Below, piece by piece: positions 53,349-64,000 of a stretch of 64,000 nucleotides of DNA; the stretch's first letter is position 1; every line of letters begins with the position of its first letter. The DNA is taken from assembly GCA_965225945.1 (NCBI GenBank), contig CBDDBZ010000024.1, positions 32,001 through 96,000 on the forward strand. The letters run 5' to 3'. Made by a program: the position numbers and the translations under genes. Under the pieces are notes generated by a model. The model did not search any database. It saw nothing but the letters and a program-made list of their open reading frames with translations, and was not told where the DNA came from. This stretch comes from Alphaproteobacteria bacterium (GTDB lineage Bacteria > Pseudomonadota > Alphaproteobacteria > GCA-2731375).

Positions 53349-54329
53349 CCGACACCGCTTCGAATAACGCTATTGCCGCCGCTCACCCGCGGCCACGATC
53401 CCGCTCGCCGCAACACCATCGAGCGCGCAGGGAACCACCTGCGAGACCCGCCGGCATCGACCCGAAGTCGCCATCAAACCACCCTGCCGGTGTCGTCGCC
53501 AATCAGATCCGAGCCATCCAGCAGCGCCGGCCACCCGAGAAAGCTGGCCCGCCGCTCGCAAATCCCCATAGACCGAGCGTGCCGCACCGCCGAGCCTAGT
53601 CCTGCCCGCGGTTTCCTCCCTTAAGCGTTGTCCGACACCTGCCGATCCAGTCCGCCGGATGCAACCCCTGCGCCTCGGCAGGTGTCCGACAACGCTTAAC
53701 AGAACCGGGCGACCTGATAGCGGAAGGCATTCAGGGCCGGAGCGTTGGTCGGCACGGCGAAGTACGCGAAGTAGCCTCGCACCACCGATGCCAGCCAGCG
53801 GCCCTGCTCGGCGATTGGCTGATGCCGTCGCCGGAGGAGTTCGCGCTTGATCTCCCCGAGCTTCGCCCCCATGCGCTTACGCCGCGTCTTGCGTCGCAGT
53901 TGGAACCGTCCCTTCCGGTCCTTCGCGCAGATGTGCGTGAAGCCCAGGAAGTCGAACGTCTCCGGCTTGCCGTCGCCTCGGCCCTTCCGACTTTTCGCGG
54001 CGTGCCGCCCAAACTCGATGAGCCGGGTTTTCTCCGCGAACAGCGCGAGGCCGAAAGCCCGCAAGCGTTCCTCCAATGCCGCCCGGAAGGCAAGCGCGTC
54101 TTCCCGGTACTCGAAGCCCACGACGAAGTCGTCCGCGTAGCGGACGATGACCATGTCGCAGTGGGTATGGCGCCGACGCCATTGGTGCGCCCACAAGTCC
54201 AGGACATAGTGCAGGTAGACGTTGGAGAGCAGCGGTGAGAGCACCGCGCCCTGTGGCGTCCCCTGCTCCGGGACCGTGAGTTTGCCATCTTGCATAATGC
54301 CGGCTTCTCTATCGCGTCCTCGGTCAAGC

Positions 54330-54600
54330 CCTTTCTGGTTACGTCATGCCATATTCCTTCTTCACGTCGTTCCGCACTGGCGGATGTTGCCGCACGGGGC
54401 TCTTGCTTCTCTTCGAGGTTGGCGCGTGGCCACCTCATGATGGGATCAGAGGATGAGGCGGTTCAATCTTTCGCGCGTCCTTGCCGCCGGTCAGCGGCAG
54501 GGTCTACCGACATTACGAACTCACCCCACCCGTCGTCCCCGTGAGGACATCTCTCTGCCTAAGCAGAACTCGTTGATCTCCTTGTCAGTACAGTCGAAGG
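54330..54600 (-). ncRNA. Putative bridge/seek RNA region of the IS1111-type element
   Basis: Downstream non-coding region with short matches to the target flanks and to the element's own ends. Confidence 0.6.
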
Positions 54601-54601
54601 T

Positions 54602-55654
54602 TCAATCCGCCTTGACGGCGTCAGCAGGGCCGTTGCTCCAGCGGAACTCGGTGCCGTCGACCCACATGCGGTGCAGAACTACGGCCAGGCGCCTCGCGAC
54701 GGCGACGATGGCACGGCGCATGCCACGTCGCTGGGCCACTCGCATGCCCCACGCCTTCAGCCAGGACCATTTCCGGCCGTGGGTGAGGAGGGACTGCGCG
54801 GCCTCGTACAGCATCGTGCGGAGCATGCTGTCGCCGCACTTGGACACGCAACCATCATAGTCGATCTCGCCGGACTGGAAGCGCTTCGGCGTCAGGCCGA
54901 CATGCGCGCCGACCGCCCTGGAGTGAACGAAGCGCTGCGGCTGATCGATGGTAGCCCGGTAGGTCAGCGCGACGACCACGCCGACGCCGGGTGCCGTCAT
55001 GAGCCGTCGGCAGACCGGGTCATGGCGGACCGTGTCGAGCACCATTTTGTGGAGGACCGCGAATTGCTGGCGCATCACTCGCCGGACGGTGAGCAGCGGT
55101 TCCACAATAGCGGCCAGCTTCGGAAAGTCTTCGACCAGCTCGCGGATCCGCGCCTCGTACCCGCGGGTGCTGACCGTGCCCACCTTGAGACCGAAGTTGC
55201 GCAGCGTCCCGCGTAGATCGTTCTCGACGTCGAGCAGTTTTCTCTGGAGCAGCTTGCGGCTGGTCAGCAGCATCCGCTGCTCCTGGGCAACCAGGGTCTT
55301 CACATGCACCGGCTTGAACAGCCCGACCCGCATCATCTGGGCGATGCCGCGCGCATCGTTGCGGTCGCTCTTGTTGATCTGCTGCCCCTTGAGCAGTGCT
55401 TTCATGTGCCGAGTCTCGACGCAGACAACCGGCAGCCCGGCGGCGGCAAGACCGTTGACCAGCCATTGCGAGAGCGGACCGGCTTCGATCCCGATCCGGC
55501 CATAGGCCACGCCGATCGAGGTCAGCAGCGTGACGATGTAGTCCGGCTCGGTCGGCACTTTCCGCTCCAACACCACCTCGCCAACCTCGTCGACGACGCA
55601 TACCGCCGTCTCCTTCACCGAAACATCCAGACCTACGAAATGTGCCATCGTCAT
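54602..55654 (-). CDS. IS110-family DEDD recombinase
   Basis: VGLDVS, GIEAG, KSDRNDARG, GLTP...QSG and AVARRLA motifs. Confidence 0.95.
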   Translation of the reverse strand: MTMAHFVGLDVSVKETAVCVVDEVGEVVLERKVPTEPDYIVTLLTSIGVAYGRIGIEAGPLSQWLVNGLAAAGLPVVCVETRHMKALLKGQQINKSDRNDARGIAQMMRVGLFKPVHVKTLVAQEQRMLLTSRKLLQRKLLDVENDLRGTLRNFGLKVGTVSTRGYEARIRELVEDFPKLAAIVEPLLTVRRVMRQQFAVLHKMVLDTVRHDPVCRRLMTAPGVGVVVALTYRATIDQPQRFVHSRAVGAHVGLTPKRFQSGEIDYDGCVSKCGDSMLRTMLYEAAQSLLTHGRKWSWLKAWGMRVAQRRGMRRAIVAVARRLAVVLHRMWVDGTEFRWSNGPADAVKAD

Positions 55655-56572
55655 CGCTCCTTCCTCGATGTTCGAGGTCAGGGCGACCCCGATTTATCGA
55701 TCATGCGTGAAGGGGCTGCCATCATCCTGATATCATCAGCCACAGCCGCCGCGATATACCATCTTTCAGCCACTTGGCCGTAAGGCGGAGGAGACGCCGA
55801 TCTCCGATCCGGTGCTCTAGGAACCCTCTCAGCCAGTTTTGGTCGGATGAGTCGAAGAAGCCGGATATATCGGCGTCCAGGATCCAGTTCACCTCGCGCT
55901 CGGTGATCGCCACCGCGAGCGCGTCCAGCGCGTCGTGCTGGTTGCGCCCCGGACGGAAGCCGTAGCTGAACCCGAGGAAATCTTCCTCGTAAATCTGGTT
56001 CAGCACCGTGCTCACGGCCATATGGGCGATCTTGTCCTCCAGGGCCGCGATCCCCAATGCCCGCGCCGAGCCGTCCGACTTCGCGATGAATTGTCGCCGG
56101 CTCGGCAGAGCCCGGTAGCCGCCCCGATGGAGCCGCCCATGCAGGTTCGGGAGACGCTGCTCCAGATCCTGGCCGTACTCTTGCCACGTCATGTCGTCCA
56201 CTCCGGGCGCCGCGTCGCGCTTCAGCGCCAGGTAGGAGGCCCGAAGGAGTTCGACATCGACATGGTGCAGCAGCGCGGTGAACTTTAGTTTCCCATCTCG
56301 TCTCGCCGCTTCTCGTACGCGCTCCAGCCCCTGTGACAGGCTTTCCCGACTCCGCGTCCGGCGCCTGCGTGTCAATCGGCGTTGAACATTGACCCCCTAT
56401 CGGCGTGCAATGTTGACCCCTTTGGGGATGCACGGCGGAGGTCGTACAGGTAGTCCATAGGAGGGGCCCGCGCGCGGGCCGACGCGCCCACCACGCGGCT
56501 GGCGGCGGACCGCGCGTGGGAGGTTCCTGTGGGCCCACCTGGGCGACCGGGCGGCAGGTGGATCGGTTGCCT

Positions 56573-57301
56573 TTAGGACCGATTCTTGAAGCGCCAGGAG
56601 TCGTTTCCGGTCTCGATGATCTCGCAGTGGTGCGTCAGACGATCGAGGAGCGCGGTGGTCATCTTGGCGTCGCCGAAGACGGACGGCCATTCGCCGAAGG
56701 TCAGGTTGGTGGTGACGATGATCGAGGTGCGCTCGTAGAGCCGGCTGACGAGGTGGAACAGCAGCTGGCCTCCGGTTTGGGCGAAGGGCAGGTAGCCGAG
56801 CTCGTCGAGGATGACGAGGTCGCGCCGGGCCAGCTGATCGGCGAGCCGGCCCTGGCGGCCGGCGCGGGCTTCGGCCTCGAGCCGGTTGACCAGGTCGACG
56901 ACGTTGAAGAAGCGGCCCCGGGCGCCATCGCGGATGCAGGCCCGCGCGATGGCGACGGCGAGATGGCTCTTGCCGGTGCCGGTGCCGCCGATCAGCACGG
57001 CGTTGCGCTGGTTGGCCAGGAAGCCGCCGACCGCCAACTCGCGGACCAGCGGCTCGTTGACCGGGGTGTCGGTGAAGTCGAAGTCGGCCAGCTCCTTGGC
57101 CAGCGGCAGCTTGGCGCCACTCATCTGGTACTTGATGGATCGCGCCTGCTTGTCGGCGATCTCGGCCTTCAACAGCTCGCCGATGATTCGCTGCATCGGA
57201 TGCTGGCGCTTGAGGCCGTCGGCGAGCACCTCGTCGAACGCGTCGCGCATGCCGGCGAGCTTGAGTGCGGCCATCATCTCCAGGACCTCATGGCGCTCCA
57301 T
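56573..57301 (-). CDS. istB: IS21 helper ATPase
   Basis: [19 protein letters not shown] and ALLDRLTHH motifs. Confidence 0.95.
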   Translation of the reverse strand: MERHEVLEMMAALKLAGMRDAFDEVLADGLKRQHPMQRIIGELLKAEIADKQARSIKYQMSGAKLPLAKELADFDFTDTPVNEPLVRELAVGGFLANQRNAVLIGGTGTGKSHLAVAIARACIRDGARGRFFNVVDLVNRLEAEARAGRQGRLADQLARRDLVILDELGYLPFAQTGGQLLFHLVSRLYERTSIIVTTNLTFGEWPSVFGDAKMTTALLDRLTHHCEIIETGNDSWRFKNRS

Positions 57302-58799
57302 GGCCGACCCCCCTCAAGCGGTCGTAGCGGGTGCAATCGGCCACCGGCTCAAAGCGAAGACGCAGGTTCGCGGGCGTCGGGATCGGCGCCGTCTCGGACG
57401 GCTGGCGCCGACGATTGAGGATGTTGAGCACGACGTCGGCGCTGCACACGCCGCCAGCGAGCGCCTCGGCACAGGCGGCCTCCACCGCCGCCAGCCCATC
57501 CGCCAGCACGGCGGTGAGGATCTCGACCATCTGCCTGTCGCCGTCGTCGTGGCCGGCGAGCCGGACGCGCACGCGACCCAGGGCGCCGGGCAGCGCCCAG
57601 TCCTTGAACGGCGCGCCGTTACGAAGCGCACCGGGCTTCCTCGCCAGCACGGGCACGTAGTGCCACGGGTCATAGACGGTCTGGTCGCGGCCGAAGCGCC
57701 GGGCATGCTCGGCGACGATCTCGCCGTCCTGGCGGATGACGATGCGATCGGCGTAGGCATGGACCTCGACCGGACGGCCGACGGCGCGCGCCGCCACGCT
57801 GTACTTGTTGCTGTCGAAGCGCACCAGGCAGGTCTTCGACACCGACGCCGGGACCGCGTGGAAGCCGTCGAACGGCCCGCGATAGCCGACCAGGGACGGA
57901 CGCTCGTCCTCGAACACCTGCCAGACAGTCCTGTCCTTGAACACCGGGTGGGGATGACGCCGGGCGTAGGCGACGCACTGGTCCAAGAGCCAGGCGTTGA
58001 GTTCGTCGTAGGTCTTGAAGCGCAGCCGCGGGGTGAAGAACCGACCGCGGATGATCCCGACCTGGTTCTCGACCTGCCCCTTCTCCCATCCCGCTCCCGG
58101 CGTGCATGCTGTCGGTTCGACCAGGTAGTGGCCACACATCTGCACGAAGCGCCGGTTGAACGCGCGCTCCTTGCCGATGAGGACGGTCTGCACCGCCGTC
58201 TTCATGTTGTCGTAGATGCCTCGCCGGCAGGCACCCTGGAACAGCCGGAATGCCCGGTCGTGGGCGTCGAACACCATCTCCTGGCTCTCGCGCGGATAAG
58301 CGCGGACGAAGAACATTCGGCTGTGGCACAGCCGGACGTGCGCGACCTTGACCTTGGTCGTCACCCCCGCCAGCACCACGTACTCGTGGCTCCAGTCGAA
58401 CTGATAGGCCTCGCCCGGCGAGAACACCAACGGCACATAGGTCTGCGCCGTCGATGCCGAACGGCGCCACCGCCACGCCTTGGCGTAGCGCCGCACCGCG
58501 TCGTAGCCGCCGCCATAGCCCAGACCCTCGAGGGCTTCGGAGATCCGTAGCAGCGTCAGCCGCTCCCGCTTCGACTTGGTCTCGTTGGCCTCCAGCATCC
58601 GCTCCAGCTCGGCCGTCCACGGCCCCAGCTTCGGCATCGGCTGGACCCGCCGGTCGTAGGTGAACGCCGTCGCCTGCGAACGGATCACCTTGCGCACCGT
58701 GTTGCCCGAGACCTTCACGTCCCGCACGATCTCCTTGATCGGCTTCCCCTTGACGAAATACTCCCGCCGGATCCGCGCTATCGTCTCCACGACCAACAT
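57288..58799 (-). CDS. istA: IS21 transposase
   Basis: [18 protein letters not shown] and [10 protein letters not shown] motifs. Confidence 0.95.
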   Translation of the reverse strand: MLVVETIARIRREYFVKGKPIKEIVRDVKVSGNTVRKVIRSQATAFTYDRRVQPMPKLGPWTAELERMLEANETKSKRERLTLLRISEALEGLGYGGGYDAVRRYAKAWRWRRSASTAQTYVPLVFSPGEAYQFDWSHEYVVLAGVTTKVKVAHVRLCHSRMFFVRAYPRESQEMVFDAHDRAFRLFQGACRRGIYDNMKTAVQTVLIGKERAFNRRFVQMCGHYLVEPTACTPGAGWEKGQVENQVGIIRGRFFTPRLRFKTYDELNAWLLDQCVAYARRHPHPVFKDRTVWQVFEDERPSLVGYRGPFDGFHAVPASVSKTCLVRFDSNKYSVAARAVGRPVEVHAYADRIVIRQDGEIVAEHARRFGRDQTVYDPWHYVPVLARKPGALRNGAPFKDWALPGALGRVRVRLAGHDDGDRQMVEILTAVLADGLAAVEAACAEALAGGVCSADVVLNILNRRRQPSETAPIPTPANLRLRFEPVADCTRYDRLRGVGHGAP

Positions 58800-59420
58800 C
58801 CCCCACCACCTCGTCCGCCCAAAAACGAGGTGACTTGGACTAGCCAGGCTCAGGGGGTCAAATTTGGACGCCGATCACCCCTCAACAGGGGTCAACTTTG
58901 CACGCCGTTCCACACCTGCGTTGCTGACCCACGTTCCCCTTGGCTCCGCCCCTTCCCTCCACCGGCTCCGCCGCCTCGCACAAGGCTTTGTTCGTCGGCT
59001 TCCCAGGTACTATGGGCGAATCTGACTTCTCTCGAGCGTGCGTCATCGGCTACGGCCCTTCGGGCCTTCCCGATGCGGACCGCGCAAACGCAAGGACGGC
59101 CACTCGAGAGATCTCCCGGTTTCCGCTCAGGCGATTTCCATGCGTGCGTGGGCTCTACGACCGCGCAAGGCCCTCCGAGCGCTCGCCAATGCGCGCTCGT
59201 CGGTGTGGCCTTCCCCATAGACCCACAGGGTCGGCGCCTCGAATGCGCATTTTTTGCGGCTCAATACCCAGCCCACATGTACCCCTGTCAACGCTTCGCC
59301 TCGCCCTCGCGGACCGCAGGCGCATGACTCGGGGCCGGTGTGGATGGCTAACCCTTCACCGTACGGCTCTCTCATCCGCTACTCCTCGCCGGCGATACCG
59401 GCGCACGGGTCATTCTACTT

Positions 59421-60450
59421 CCTGATTACGCACTTCACTCAGCCGGGTTGATGTGGTACAAATCATGAACAAATGGCGGTTTTTCTGGAGGTTCACAATG
59501 CCACGCAACAACGTTCAGTTCCAGAAGGGGCTCAGCGAAGCGCGTTTTCGTGAGTTGTACGGTAGCGAGGAGCAGTGTCGCGAGGCCCTGTTCCGCTGGC
59601 GCTGGCCGGAGGGCTTCTCCTGCCCCCGATGCGGCGCCACGCGCCATTGCGAGATCGCCGGCCGCAAGCTCTACCAATGCGCCGCCTGCCGTCATCAAGT
59701 CTCGCTGACCGCCGGCACGCTCTTCCACGCGACCAAGCTGGCGCTGACCCTGTGGTTTTCGGCGATCTATCACATGACCCAATCGAAGAAGGGGATCTCC
59801 TCCATCGAACTCGGCCGCCGGCTCGGCGTCACCCAGACCACGGCCTGGAAGATCAAGCAGAAACTGATGCAGTCCATGCTCGAGCGCGATGCCAAATTGC
59901 CGCTCACCGGGCGGGTGGAGATGGACGATGCCTACCTCGGCGGCCGGCGTTCCGGGGCCAAGCGCGGCCGAGGCGCGCCGGGCAAGACGCCGTTCGTCGC
60001 CGCCGTCCAGACCACGGCGGAGGGCCAGCCCGTGCGCATCAAGCTCCGCCGCGTCAAGGGCTTCCGCAAGAGCGAGATCGCCAAGATGGCCAAGCGCGAC
60101 CTGAGCCCGCTGGCGACGGTTGTCAGCGATGGGCTCGGCTGCTTCACCGCGGTCACCGCGCAAGGCTGTGCGCACCATCCGATACCCACTGGCTCCGGAC
60201 CCGGGGCCGTCGCCGTGCCCGCCTTCAAATGGGTCAACACCACCCTCGGCAACCTCAAAAACACCCTGCGCGGTACCTACCATGCGATCCGACCCAAGCA
60301 TGTGCCGCGCTAACTGGCGGCGTTCCAGTACCGATACAACCGCCGCTACCGGCTCGCCGACATGATCGAAGCCCTCGGCCGCGATGCCCTGCGCACGCCG
60401 CCCATGCCATATCGGCTCCTGAAATTGGCTGAGGTTAGTGCGTAATCAGG
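59421..60450 (+). mobile_element. IS1595-family IS, copy 2; transposase (59498-60445) has a premature TAA at 60311
   Basis: Same TIRs as 1113-2142; 8-bp TSD ttctactt; TAC>TAA in PRY. Confidence 0.93.
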
Positions 60451-60664
60451 TTCTACTTTATCGACCGCTGCGGCGGGCCTCTTCGTGGCTGGTGTCGCCA
60501 GTGCCAGCGGAGGCGGAAAAGTACAATGACCCCTTTTTCTGACGTGTTCGCGCCGCCCGCCCTCATCCACATGGGTGGCACACGGCAGTTGGTGCTTTGC
60601 CGCGCCGATCCCGACGGCTTCGCCGTCGAATTCACGGCGTCTTCGCAGCGCGTAGGACGGCGCC

Positions 60665-61528
60665 TCAAAACGGCCGGTCGCCGTCGAGGCAGACGCGGCG
60701 GAGGACGCGGCGCTCGCTCGCGCTGTCGAACGGCGTCGACTTGTGCAGGACGCAGCGGTTGTCCCACATCACCAGCTCGCACGGCCGCCAGTGGTGGCGG
60801 TAGACGAACTCGGGCCGGGTGGCGAGTGCGTTGATCTCGTTGCGCAAGCGGTGACCTTCCTCGAACGGCAGACCCGAAACTTGCGATGTATGCTCGCCCA
60901 AATAGATGCCCTTGCGACCTGTCTCGGGATGTGTCCGCACCACCGGGTGGTCCGGCGGATTGGAGACATTTCGGATCTGTTCCTCGCTCATGTGCCATTT
61001 GTGCCTTGCGAAGGCCCAGTCCTGCGCCGCCGTCAGTCCGCGGAGACGGGCTTTCATATCGTCGTCCAGCGCCTCGTAGGCGGCGTGCATGTCGGCGAAC
61101 AGCGTGTCGCCGCCTTCGCTGGGCAGCTCGAGCGCATAGAGGAACGTCGCCATCGCCGGCGCCTCCTTCCAGGCGGCATCCGTGTGCCAGACCAGCGAGC
61201 TCTCGTCGGTATGGCGCCCGGTCGTGCCGCCGGCCTCCTCGACGTTCGTCAGCAGGTAGATTTCGGGGTGTTCGTCGGCGTGCAGATGGTCCATCACCTG
61301 GTACTGGACCGGGCCGAAGCGACGGCAAAAGGCGACCTGCTGGGCTTCCGTCATGTCCTGGTCGGGGAAGACGAGGACGAGATGCTCGAGAAACACGGCC
61401 CAGATCGCCGCGACGTCACCCTCGTCGAGCGGTTGCGAGAGGTCTAGCCCCGTGACCTCGGCCCCCAAGGCGGTGGAGAAGGGCCGTATCTCGAGCGCGC
61501 TCGCCGTATGGGTCGACCGGGTCCGCAT
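60665..61528 (-). CDS. TauD/TfdA-family 2OG dioxygenase
   Basis: WHTD, GGDTLFAD, HPVVRTHPETGRK and WDNRCVLH motifs. Confidence 0.93.
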   Translation of the reverse strand: MRTRSTHTASALEIRPFSTALGAEVTGLDLSQPLDEGDVAAIWAVFLEHLVLVFPDQDMTEAQQVAFCRRFGPVQYQVMDHLHADEHPEIYLLTNVEEAGGTTGRHTDESSLVWHTDAAWKEAPAMATFLYALELPSEGGDTLFADMHAAYEALDDDMKARLRGLTAAQDWAFARHKWHMSEEQIRNVSNPPDHPVVRTHPETGRKGIYLGEHTSQVSGLPFEEGHRLRNEINALATRPEFVYRHHWRPCELVMWDNRCVLHKSTPFDSASERRVLRRVCLDGDRPF

Positions 61529-61670
61529 GATTTCGCTCCCTCGCTCGCGTGCTGGCAACACCGCTAGACGCCGCCGCCCGGCCGCTGACGTCGGAGGCCG
61601 ACATGGTTGATCGGCTGGGCGTTACAACTATGAGCCGACATCCCCCAGACGACTGTCGGTTCCGACCATC

Positions 61671-61699
61671 AGAGTAGCCATTCGGGCTCTCGACGGCAA
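61671..61699 (-). promoter_or_regulatory. Promoter-like module, copy C
   Basis: TTGCCG-N17-TACTCT upstream of the TauD gene. Confidence 0.55.
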
Positions 61700-61953
61700 T
61701 TCCGAGGCCGATCGGCGTGAGCAGAGCACTCCGCCTGCCTCCGGGTCCGGCCCCGACGGCGGCGGCACGCAGCCGGGCGATCCGCGCCAGGATCCGCGCG
61801 AACACATCCGTCCCGATACAGCGACCCCGGCCATCTGGCATGTCGCCCTTGGCTCACATGACTCGCCTGTTAACGCCCGCAAATGTTACGGAGAGACTTG
61901 GCGATGAACGATCCATCGACTTGACCACACGCCGATCCGGAGGAAGACAGCCG

Positions 61954-62793
61954 ATGACTAAAGAAGATGTCTATGAGGTCTACGCGATCCAATACGCTTA
62001 CCGGGCGGATCGCAAACGCCACGAGACTTTCATCACCAATGCCTGGACCGATCCGCTGCACGATACGGACCAGCCGATCTCCTATTACGTGTGGGCGATC
62101 GTCAATGCCGAGCGCACCATCGTTGTCGACACCGGCTTCGATGCCGACGAAGCGGCACGTCGGCGCCAGGAATCGGGAGAGCTGTGGCGACCGGAACTAA
62201 AATTTACGCCCGCCGAGGGTCTGCGCATGATCGGGGTCGACGCCGCGCGAGTGGCCGATGTGATCATCACCCATCTGCACTTCGACCACGCCGGCACGCT
62301 CGATCACTTCCCGGAAGCGCGCTTCCACTTGCAAGAGCAAGAGATGCAGTTCGCGACGGGGCCTTGCATGGCGCACGACTACTTCAAGGGCGCCTACACG
62401 GTGGACCAGGTCGTCGCGATGGTACGCAACGTCTACCGGGGGCGAGTCGCGTTTCAGGCGGGCGACGCGGAAATCGCTCCCGGCGTGAGCGTTCATCACA
62501 TCGGCGGGCACACGATGGGGATCCAATCCGTGCGGGTGCGCACGCGTCGCGGTTGGGTGGTGCTCGCGAGCGATGCGAGTCACATGTACGACAATTTCGA
62601 AAGCATGGCGCCAAATCCCATCGTCTTCAATGTGGGGACGATGCTCAGCGGTTTCGAGCGACTGAAGACTTTGGCGGACGGTCCGGGGCACGTCATTCCG
62701 GGTCATGATCCCCTCGTCATGGCCAGATATCCCGCCGCGACGCCTGCAACCGAAGGTATCGTGGCACGCCTCGACGCGGACCCACGGAGCTGA
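61954..62793 (+). CDS. N-acyl homoserine lactonase-family metallo-beta-lactamase-fold hydrolase
   Basis: VDTG, THLHFDHAG, GGHT, LASDA and PGHDP motifs. Confidence 0.88.
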   Translation: MTKEDVYEVYAIQYAYRADRKRHETFITNAWTDPLHDTDQPISYYVWAIVNAERTIVVDTGFDADEAARRRQESGELWRPELKFTPAEGLRMIGVDAARVADVIITHLHFDHAGTLDHFPEARFHLQEQEMQFATGPCMAHDYFKGAYTVDQVVAMVRNVYRGRVAFQAGDAEIAPGVSVHHIGGHTMGIQSVRVRTRRGWVVLASDASHMYDNFESMAPNPIVFNVGTMLSGFERLKTLADGPGHVIPGHDPLVMARYPAATPATEGIVARLDADPRS

Positions 62794-62925
62794 GGAGCAA
62801 TCGAGGATCGACCGTCCTCCCAGCAACCCCGTAAACCAGCCGTAGACGGGGACGAGGGACCTCGAGGAGGCGCCGAGGGCCGAACGGGCTGGCCCGGTGC
62901 TCCGTCCTCGACTAGGCTAGCTCCG

Positions 62926-63189
62926 ATGTGCTTTCGGGCTGATCGCTTGGCAATGAGGCTTTCCGGCACGCTGGTCGGGGTCGGATTTCTGCTATTCGGC
63001 AGCTTGGCGATCATCGGACCGGTCGTCCCCACGATCGAGGAGAGTCAGGACAAAGCGTTCTGGTTTGGAATGCTTCTGATCGTTGCGGGCACCGTGGCTG
63101 TTTTCGCCTCCTGGACCGCGCGAGACCTGGATGGCATCTGGTGTCGCTATCCGCGCCGCTGGGGATCGAGCGGGGGCGAAGATCGCTAA
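62926..63189 (+). CDS. Small two-TM membrane protein
   Basis: Two hydrophobic segments; no family recognised. Confidence 0.45.
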   Translation: MCFRADRLAMRLSGTLVGVGFLLFGSLAIIGPVVPTIEESQDKAFWFGMLLIVAGTVAVFASWTARDLDGIWCRYPRRWGSSGGEDR

Positions 63190-63827
63190 ACGACCTCTTG
63201 CACTGCTGCGGTGCGGCTCGGGACACCACGCGCCGCGCGGCAAGGTCGGGAGCAATTTTTGATGCGGGATCGCAGCGCCGGACCCGGGAAGGTGGATGAT
63301 GGAGGGGCGGGCGATCTGGCTAGGGATCATCACCGTCATCGAGCTAGGGGAGGCGCAAAAGCCCGAGGGCATGGTCCACTAATGGCAAGCGGCGCCGTCA
63401 CACTGCAACAGGTGCGGCCGGTCGCGGCGGTATCGGGTGGCGAGGCTGGTTGAGACCTACGGCCAGGACGCTGGGCTACCGGCGATCACGTCGGCGCTGG
63501 AAGAGGGGTGCCCGAGGAAGGGCAAGTACGGCGGGTGTTTCGTGATCTTCCCTGGGCGGGCGATGGGATGATGCGCACGATCAGGTCATATGTCGGAAAT
63601 CAGGGGTGGAGTCCCCGTCGAGCCTGGGCGGCCGTCTACGGCATTGATAGCCATTTTCGGAATTGGCGCGTTTCTGGCGACTCTACCTATCTCAAGCTCG
63701 GTGATTAGTCGAGTAGTCACAGCAAGCGGCCAAAAAATCGTTGGTTTTCGGCCCGGGCCAAAGCCCATTTGTGACCGCCTTGGCATGGCCACTATAGTCT
63801 CATTAGAAAACCGAATGGACGGAAGCA

Positions 63828-64000
63828 ATGACCGAACCTGGAACCCGCGTGGCGCTCATCACCGGCTGCGGCAAGGAGAACGGCATCGGCGCGGCGATAG
63901 CCCAGCGTTTGGCAAGGGACGGTTTCATCGTTGCCACATCCGACGTGGCGGCGGCGGGCGTCGACAATGACAACACCGTCCAGCGCGTCAGCTCCGGTTG
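63828..64000 (+). CDS. SDR-family oxidoreductase, 5' part (runs off the window)
   Basis: MTEPGTRVALITGCGKENGIGAAIAQRLARDG. Confidence 0.8.
   Translation, partial: MTEPGTRVALITGCGKENGIGAAIAQRLARDGFIVATSDVAAAGVDNDNTVQRVSSG

Larger units (their letters stand above)
51091..53701 (+). mobile_element. IS91-like element with a tyrosine recombinase and a Y2 transposase
   Basis: No TSD; right end abuts GAAC; terminal 25-bp hairpin at 53621-53645/53675-53699; removal restores the RT frame. Confidence 0.85.
54307..55765 (-). mobile_element. IS110-family (IS1111-type) element
   Basis: AAG core at both junctions; subterminal IR TATCGCG/CGCGATA; ~290-bp non-coding region downstream of the ORF; TTGACC near the right end. 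Confidence 0.88.
56370..58914 (-). mobile_element. Canonical IS21-family element (2545 bp)
   Basis: IRs tgtcaatcggcgttgaacattgacccc / tgtggaacggcgtgcaaagttgacccc; 6-bp TSD cctgcg. Confidence 0.93.
50950..58990 (-). pseudogene. ltrA: RT of intron X in four pieces (~58915-58990, 55766-56369, 53702-54306, ~50950-51090)
   Basis: The pieces rejoin in frame: ...KWLK|AGIMQDG..., RYADD, ...VARF|WLKALRRRSQ. Confidence 0.88.
48301..59406 (-). mobile_element. Outer group II intron X (bacterial class E-like) containing five nested elements
   Basis: 5' GTGCG at 59406; DV at ~50912-50947; DVI rebuilt from 48987-48992 plus 48301-48332, ending ACCGCGAT; EBS1-like GGGTC (59220-59224) pairs with IBS1 (T)GACCC (59407-59412). 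Confidence 0.9.

Noticed and set aside
38463-58990. RTs as retron, DGR or defence RTs
   Set aside because: All are flanked by group II intron 5' ends and DV/DVI, and no TR/VR pair or msr-msd was seen.
1113-60450. The two related IS1595 copies as ends of one large composite transposon
   Set aside because: Each has its own different 8-bp TSD, so they are independent insertions.
63380-63572. Small CxxC protein remnant (CNRCGRSRRY...CPR...C)
   Set aside because: No in-frame start and probably a decayed fragment; the function cannot be supported.

Overview
High-GC (probably alphaproteobacterial) accessory region of catabolic and transport genes (acyl-CoA/CoA-ligase, LLM oxidoreductase, two TRAP systems, deacetylases, dioxygenases, MBL hydrolase), heavily invaded by mobile DNA. 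Four structures stand out. (1) A transposase-less 755-bp element has 43-bp perfect TIRs, 8-bp target duplications and a small LRV-repeat passenger gene. It occurs in three near-identical copies. Two of them bracket a 3.9-kb cargo as a composite transposon inside a deacetylase gene, and two adjoining fragments of it are pasted into other genes together with local duplications. (2) An 11.1-kb nested group II intron (48301-59406) holds two further introns inserted 6 nt apart at its DV-DVI junction, with matching EBS1/IBS1 pairs. It also holds an IS91-like, an IS1111-type and an IS21 element in its RT gene. (3) A IIC intron sits after a terminator and is split by the 755-bp element and by a 4.1-kb IS21 derivative carrying a Zn-finger gene and a degenerate Toprim gene. 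(4) An ~80-bp promoter-like module lies in front of three unrelated genes. Coordinates were read by eye and family names come from motif recognition, not database searches.
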